DNA from: Promethearchaeota archaeon
GTDB lineage: Archaea; Asgardarchaeota; Lokiarchaeia; Sigyniarchaeales; SOKP01
Direction of reading: 5' to 3'
NCBI GenBank assembly: GCA_016840165.1
Contig: JAEOSU010000076.1
Coordinates: 1-64,000 of the forward strand
DNA length: 64,000 nt
Of the stretch, positions 59,636 to 64,000 are shown piece after piece. The notes under the pieces are model-generated. The model was not told the origin of the DNA, made no database searches, and saw only the letters and a program-made list of their open reading frames with translations. A program made the translations under genes and the position numbers. Within the stretch, counting starts at the first letter, position 1. The number at the start of each line of letters is the position of its first letter.

Positions 59636-60844
59636 TTACCCCATTTTTTCAACTAATTTATCAACAATATTTTTGAAATCTAAATCCTCAGGTCTAGGGA
59701 CAAATCGAATTTCGATTTTCTCTTCCATAACATCTATTTTAGTTTCTTCTAATTCCTTTATGATCTCTTTCACTGCGCCCCCTCCCCATCCATAAGAACC
59801 AAAAGCCATTCCTACCTTATTCATTGGTTTAAGACCCTTTTGATAACTTAAATATTCAGCAACTAAGGGATAAAGCCCATTATTTAATGTTGGACTGCCT
59901 ACTAAAATAGCTTTTGCTTTCATTGCTTCAGTTATTACATCCGAATAATCAGCATTGGTCAATCGAAACCGTTTTGCAGAAATCCCTCGATGAATAATCT
60001 CTTTATATAAAGCTTTCGCGATTTTTTCGGTACTACCCCACATTGTATCATATACGATTAAAACACTTTTACCATCAGTTTTACCAGCAGACCATTTTGT
60101 ATATGCTTCAAGTATTTTTCCAATGTGAGTTCTCCAGCACACGCCATGAGAAGGACAGATAATATCGATAGCTAATGCACCTACTTTCGGTATGGCTTTT
60201 GTTATTAATCCTGATAAATGAAGTAAGATATTAGCATAATATTTCTCTGCTTCCCACATAATTTCAGCAATATCATTCTCATCATCCCACCGTTTAGAAG
60301 TGGCAAAATGTTGTCCAAAAGCATCATTTGAGAAAAGAATATTCTTGCCATTTTCGTCGGACATAAATGAAACCATCGAATCAGGCCAATGAATCATTGG
60401 AATGGGGACAAACGTAAATTGTTTCCCGTTTCCTATTTCTAATGTGTCTCCTTCCTTTACAGCTCTAATATTCTCAAAATGCTTTTTATCGAGTTCTTCA
60501 TGATAATGGGCTTCAAGTATTTCTTTACCTCGTGTAGATGCAATAATCTCCGCATTTGGTAAATGTTTTAAGATCAAGGGAAAAGAGCCTGAATGATCGG
60601 GTTCTACATGGTTGACAATGAAGTAGTCAATTTCGCTTGGATCACAAACATGTTTTATGTTGCTTAAGAAATATTCATAGTAAGGACGCTTTACTGCGTC
60701 GATTAAGACAGTTTTTTCTCCCGATTTAACAATATATGCATTATAAGAAGATCCTTTATGGGTAGAGTATCCATGGAAATTACGAACCTCAAAATCTACA
60801 TAGCCAACATAATAAACATCTTTCATTAATTCTAAATGTGTCAT
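59636..60844 (-). CDS. fprA: Flavodiiron protein (A-type flavoprotein)
   Basis: NHVEPDHSG, HWPD, SNDAFG, PSHG and flavodoxin DTMWGST / FGSYGW. Confidence 0.94.
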   Translation of the reverse strand: MTHLELMKDVYYVGYVDFEVRNFHGYSTHKGSSYNAYIVKSGEKTVLIDAVKRPYYEYFLSNIKHVCDPSEIDYFIVNHVEPDHSGSFPLILKHLPNAEIIASTRGKEILEAHYHEELDKKHFENIRAVKEGDTLEIGNGKQFTFVPIPMIHWPDSMVSFMSDENGKNILFSNDAFGQHFATSKRWDDENDIAEIMWEAEKYYANILLHLSGLITKAIPKVGALAIDIICPSHGVCWRTHIGKILEAYTKWSAGKTDGKSVLIVYDTMWGSTEKIAKALYKEIIHRGISAKRFRLTNADYSDVITEAMKAKAILVGSPTLNNGLYPLVAEYLSYQKGLKPMNKVGMAFGSYGWGGGAVKEIIKELEETKIDVMEEKIEIRFVPRPEDLDFKNIVDKLVEKMG

Positions 60845-60955
60845 TCACTAATTCATCTTTTTTTAGGATTAGTACTTTAATTTTGTTTAATTTCATTAGG
60901 ATTATAAATTTAATTTCTATGATTTATAAAATTTGGAAAGAATCTAGATATTTCA

Positions 60956-61843
60956 TTATTTTTTTTCGAGTGGCCATTCCAATAGAGACATTATTAAATT
61001 CTGATTAGAAAGACCCCCTCTGGTTAATTTTCCTATAAAATTTTCTTTACCAAACATTTTTCGCGTTATATATTTTAAAAATCGTTTACCATCAAGGCCT
61101 TTATCTTGTGCTTCCTTTTGGAATTTAAATGCTTTTTCATGTAAATCTTCGATTTCCTCAATTTTTTCCTTGATTATCGAACGATTTTTAAATACACCTC
61201 GTCCTGCAGTAAAAATGACTAAATTATCCATATTTTTAGTGATTTCTTCAATTTTTCTCAGAGATTCATAAATCTGGAAGATATCTTCAGGTATATCCGT
61301 AGTTTTACCAAAAATCATAGTATATTTCGGCATTATACCATCAGCAATAATGGCCCATTCTTGCGTTCTTTCAAGTAATGCGATTTCTTCCATAGCATGA
61401 CCAGGAATTTCGATTATATCAAATCTATATTTGTTCTTGCAAGTTAAAATAGAAGTTTCTACGGCTTTTGCGTTAAAGGGGCGATAAGGAAAACCCCATG
61501 TAATCCTTCTATAATCAGGATAATTTTTCTTTTTTTTGAGATGTGGTAATGCCTTTTTGCTCGCATAAATAGGTATATTAAATTCAGATTGAAGCATCGC
61601 TGCTCCTCCGCAATGATCTTCGTGAGAATGCGTGATAACACACTTCTTTACTTTATGATCGTCATCAAGCGAAAGAATAAACTTTCTTAAATCCTCTACA
61701 CTTCCAGGAGCTCCTGAATCGATTAACAACCCGTCTATCAAAAAGCATGAGGTCCAGAAAGGAGCAGGTAGAAGCTTGCTATCTGAGGACCATTTCCATT
61801 CTATTATCTCTCCACTGCAATGATATTTAATATCTACAACCAT
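60956..61843 (-). CDS. Metallo-beta-lactamase-fold hydrolase
   Basis: IDSG, THSHEDHCGG and PGH. Confidence 0.88.
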   Translation of the reverse strand: MVVDIKYHCSGEIIEWKWSSDSKLLPAPFWTSCFLIDGLLIDSGAPGSVEDLRKFILSLDDDHKVKKCVITHSHEDHCGGAAMLQSEFNIPIYASKKALPHLKKKKNYPDYRRITWGFPYRPFNAKAVETSILTCKNKYRFDIIEIPGHAMEEIALLERTQEWAIIADGIMPKYTMIFGKTTDIPEDIFQIYESLRKIEEITKNMDNLVIFTAGRGVFKNRSIIKEKIEEIEDLHEKAFKFQKEAQDKGLDGKRFLKYITRKMFGKENFIGKLTRGGLSNQNLIMSLLEWPLEKK

Positions 61844-61979
61844 TTTTATATCATGAAAATAGGTTTCAATAAAGGAAAAGAAGCAGAAAAATAAGAGACT
61901 TTTGAAAAAAGTAGTATAATAAACTTGGAATAAAATTTAAAAATTTTAAAAAAAAAGAATTATGAGATATTGGTTTATC

Positions 61980-62120
61980 TTAATCTGATATTTTTGTAAA
62001 AAAACTTTTATCCACGCCACAAACAGGACAAACCCAATCATCTGGGAGATCCTCAAATTTAGTTCCTTCTGCAGCTTCGTCATAAACATATCCACATGCA
62101 GAACACTCGTATTTTGCCAT
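61980..62120 (-). CDS. Rubredoxin (not in ORF track)
   Basis: [46 protein letters not shown]. Confidence 0.95.
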   Translation of the reverse strand: MAKYECSACGYVYDEAAEGTKFEDLPDDWVCPVCGVDKSFFTKISD

Positions 62121-62293
62121 TTAAAGTCACTCTTTATGTTTGTATAATTTGAGTTTTTAAATTAGATATTAATTAAAAATAATTGTGTAATAATTTATAA
62201 AACTTATAATCTGAAAGGGATGAAATAAATGCAAAATTGAGATTTATATGTTTATAAATAATGTTTGGCTTATGTAAGGATGAAATTTTTAAA

Positions 62294-62443
62294 TTAATTA
62301 AGTCCTATTGATTTTTTAACAAAGAATTGCCGCGATGCCCTACATTTGGGGCATTTATATTCATCCTTTAGCTTATCAAAGGAGATTTCATTCTCATCAT
62401 CAACGTAAAGATAATTACATCTTTTACATCGGTAGATTGCTAT
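62294..62443 (-). CDS. Rubredoxin-like protein (probable ATA start)
   Basis: (M)AIYRCKRCNYLY...YKCPKCRASRQFF aligns to the neighbouring rubredoxin from the ATA at 62443; GGTGA lies 7 nt upstream. Confidence 0.8.
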   Translation of the reverse strand: MAIYRCKRCNYLYVDDENEISFDKLKDEYKCPKCRASRQFFVKKSIGLN

Positions 62444-62454
62444 AAATTTTTCAC

Positions 62455-63804
62455 CTATATTTTTAGTTTGAAATCTTTTTTCGTAGCACGGCAATCTGGA
62501 TTCGGACATTTAAAAGTGTCTGGTAAATCCTCAAAAGGTACTTCCATTTTTGCTTCATCATACACAGCACCACAGTTGACACATGCATATTCGTGTATAT
62601 CCAATAACTTTCTTAATTCTTTAGGATCGACATCTTGTTCCATTTTATTAGTAACATATTGCATCGCGGTATTGTCTCCAAATAATATTGCTCCCTTTAG
62701 TTTATTATCTTTAAGAACAATTTTCTCATAACAGCAATCTTTTTTATCTGCTTTTCTTAAGATGTCCCATCCTCCACCCTGTTCACTGCTAGGATCAAAA
62801 ATTCCTATAGAAGTCAAATCTAAACCTACGATTTTCAATGTATTTTTTGGAGTGGTTCCAGCATATTTTTTGGTTTTCTTTTCAAGAACAGAAGCAGAAA
62901 TTATTTTAGATTGTTCCATACACGCTGGAATAATGCCCCATGTCTGATTTTTATATTCAATACAATCTCCTACAGCATATACATCTTTTTCACTTGTTTC
63001 CAAGAATTCATTTACAATTATACCTCGATTAGTTTCAATACCTGCATTTTTTGCTAACGTAATTTCTGGACTAATTCCTGCTTGGATAAGAACAATATCA
63101 GCATTGAATACTCTCCCATCTTTAAGTTTGATACCCTCAACATGATTATTTCCAAGAATAGCTTCTGTGGCAGCGCTTAAGACAACATTTATTCCTCTTC
63201 CTTTGATCTCTTCTTTCAACATTAAACTGCATTCATCATCCAATTGTTTTGGTAATAATCGGGGAAAAAATTCAACCACAGTAGTGTCGAGATCTAATTG
63301 ATTAATTTGATTAGCTAATTCTAAACCAAGTAAACCCCCACCAATGATGACTGCTTTAGATTTTATGTTAAGTTTGGCAATATATTCTTTAATCTCTAGC
63401 GCATCTTTGATATTACGAAGAGTAAAAAGTCCTTTATGCTCCATCTCGGGTGCGTTTTCGATTGGAGGGATATTTGGATTGCTTCCAGTGGCAATGATAA
63501 GCTTATCATAAGAAAGAGGGCCGGGAGACTTATCGGTATAGATTTTCTTTTCCTTTGGAAGAATTTTTACTACTTTCTCCTCTAAGTGAAGTGATATCTT
63601 ATTAGTATGGTACCAATTTTCCTTAAAAACAATAAAATCATCGATAGAAACTTTATCGGATATAAATTCCGGTAATTTAATTCGGGTATAATAAGGGTAT
63701 TTTTCTTCAGTAAAAATCTCAATATCCACACCATCATTGAGATTACGGATATTCTGAGCACTAAACGTTCCCGCAACATTGTTTCCGATAATTATTATCT
63801 TCAT
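62455..63804 (-). CDS. NAD(P)H:rubredoxin oxidoreductase-like flavoprotein with C-terminal rubredoxin domain
   Basis: IGNNVAG, ATGS, GGGLLGLE and YAVGD; C-terminal CVNCGAVYD...FEDLPDTFKCPNPDC. Confidence 0.9.
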   Translation of the reverse strand: MKIIIIGNNVAGTFSAQNIRNLNDGVDIEIFTEEKYPYYTRIKLPEFISDKVSIDDFIVFKENWYHTNKISLHLEEKVVKILPKEKKIYTDKSPGPLSYDKLIIATGSNPNIPPIENAPEMEHKGLFTLRNIKDALEIKEYIAKLNIKSKAVIIGGGLLGLELANQINQLDLDTTVVEFFPRLLPKQLDDECSLMLKEEIKGRGINVVLSAATEAILGNNHVEGIKLKDGRVFNADIVLIQAGISPEITLAKNAGIETNRGIIVNEFLETSEKDVYAVGDCIEYKNQTWGIIPACMEQSKIISASVLEKKTKKYAGTTPKNTLKIVGLDLTSIGIFDPSSEQGGGWDILRKADKKDCCYEKIVLKDNKLKGAILFGDNTAMQYVTNKMEQDVDPKELRKLLDIHEYACVNCGAVYDEAKMEVPFEDLPDTFKCPNPDCRATKKDFKLKI

Positions 63805-64000
63805 AGAAATAAAACGCTTTTCATAATATTTTAAGATTGTTATTATAGAATGAAAAAATTATTTTTTCTAAAAAGTATTGGATAAAGATATTCCTAACAT
63901 TGAAACATGTTCGTGTCTAATTTTAAATTAAGTAAAACAAATCATTCATTTGATTTATAAATATTACATTTATTAATCCAATATTCTTAAAAGAAAATAC

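Noticed and set aside
62444-62509. N-terminal 22 codons of the 71-aa ORF
   Set aside because: They overlap the upstream oxidoreductase; homology to rubredoxin and the SD position point to a start at 62443.
348-63779. Many short ORFs antisense to or nested in real genes (e.g. 348-650, 10921-11163, 13865-14194, 24179-24502, 46109-46519)
   Set aside because: Shadow ORFs of well-supported genes with no independent evidence.
1-64000. CRISPR arrays, transposases/integrases, rRNA genes, selenoprotein UGA read-through
   Set aside because: No repeat-spacer periodicity, recombinase motifs or rRNA-like segments were seen, and no gene appeared truncated at a UGA aligned to a catalytic Cys.

Overview
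This is an AT-rich (~30% GC) archaeal window. Gene content points to an Asgard archaeon, most likely Lokiarchaeia: eS26/eL20/eL31/eL39, eIF6, Gar1-TFB, roadblock proteins, an alpha-SNAP-like TPR protein and AcsC. It holds the conserved Rpp21-YhbY-eS19-PDCD5-eL39-eL31-eIF6-eL20-prefoldin-FtsY-SecE cluster (interrupted by two membrane-anchored CocE/NonD hydrolases and pepD), RNA modification genes (nep1, arcS/raSEA, trmY, gar1, rnz), and a sulfur-relay/Fe-S/O2-detoxification block. The most notable signals are absent from the ORF track. (1) A 43-nt bulge-helix-bulge (BHB) intron splits the protein-coding gene dnaG; canonical cleavage restores the conserved GAIFGQTEGLL motif in frame. (2) A tRNA-Gly(TCC) has two BHB introns at non-canonical positions, one sharing its first 7 nt with the dnaG intron. 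(3) An unannotated ~315-nt RNA has three H/ACA hairpins enclosed by box C and box D, and one pocket matches the 23S peptidyl-transferase loop. (4) There are apparent AUU/AUA start codons and further structured intergenic RNAs. All calls come from reading the sequence; no searches were run.
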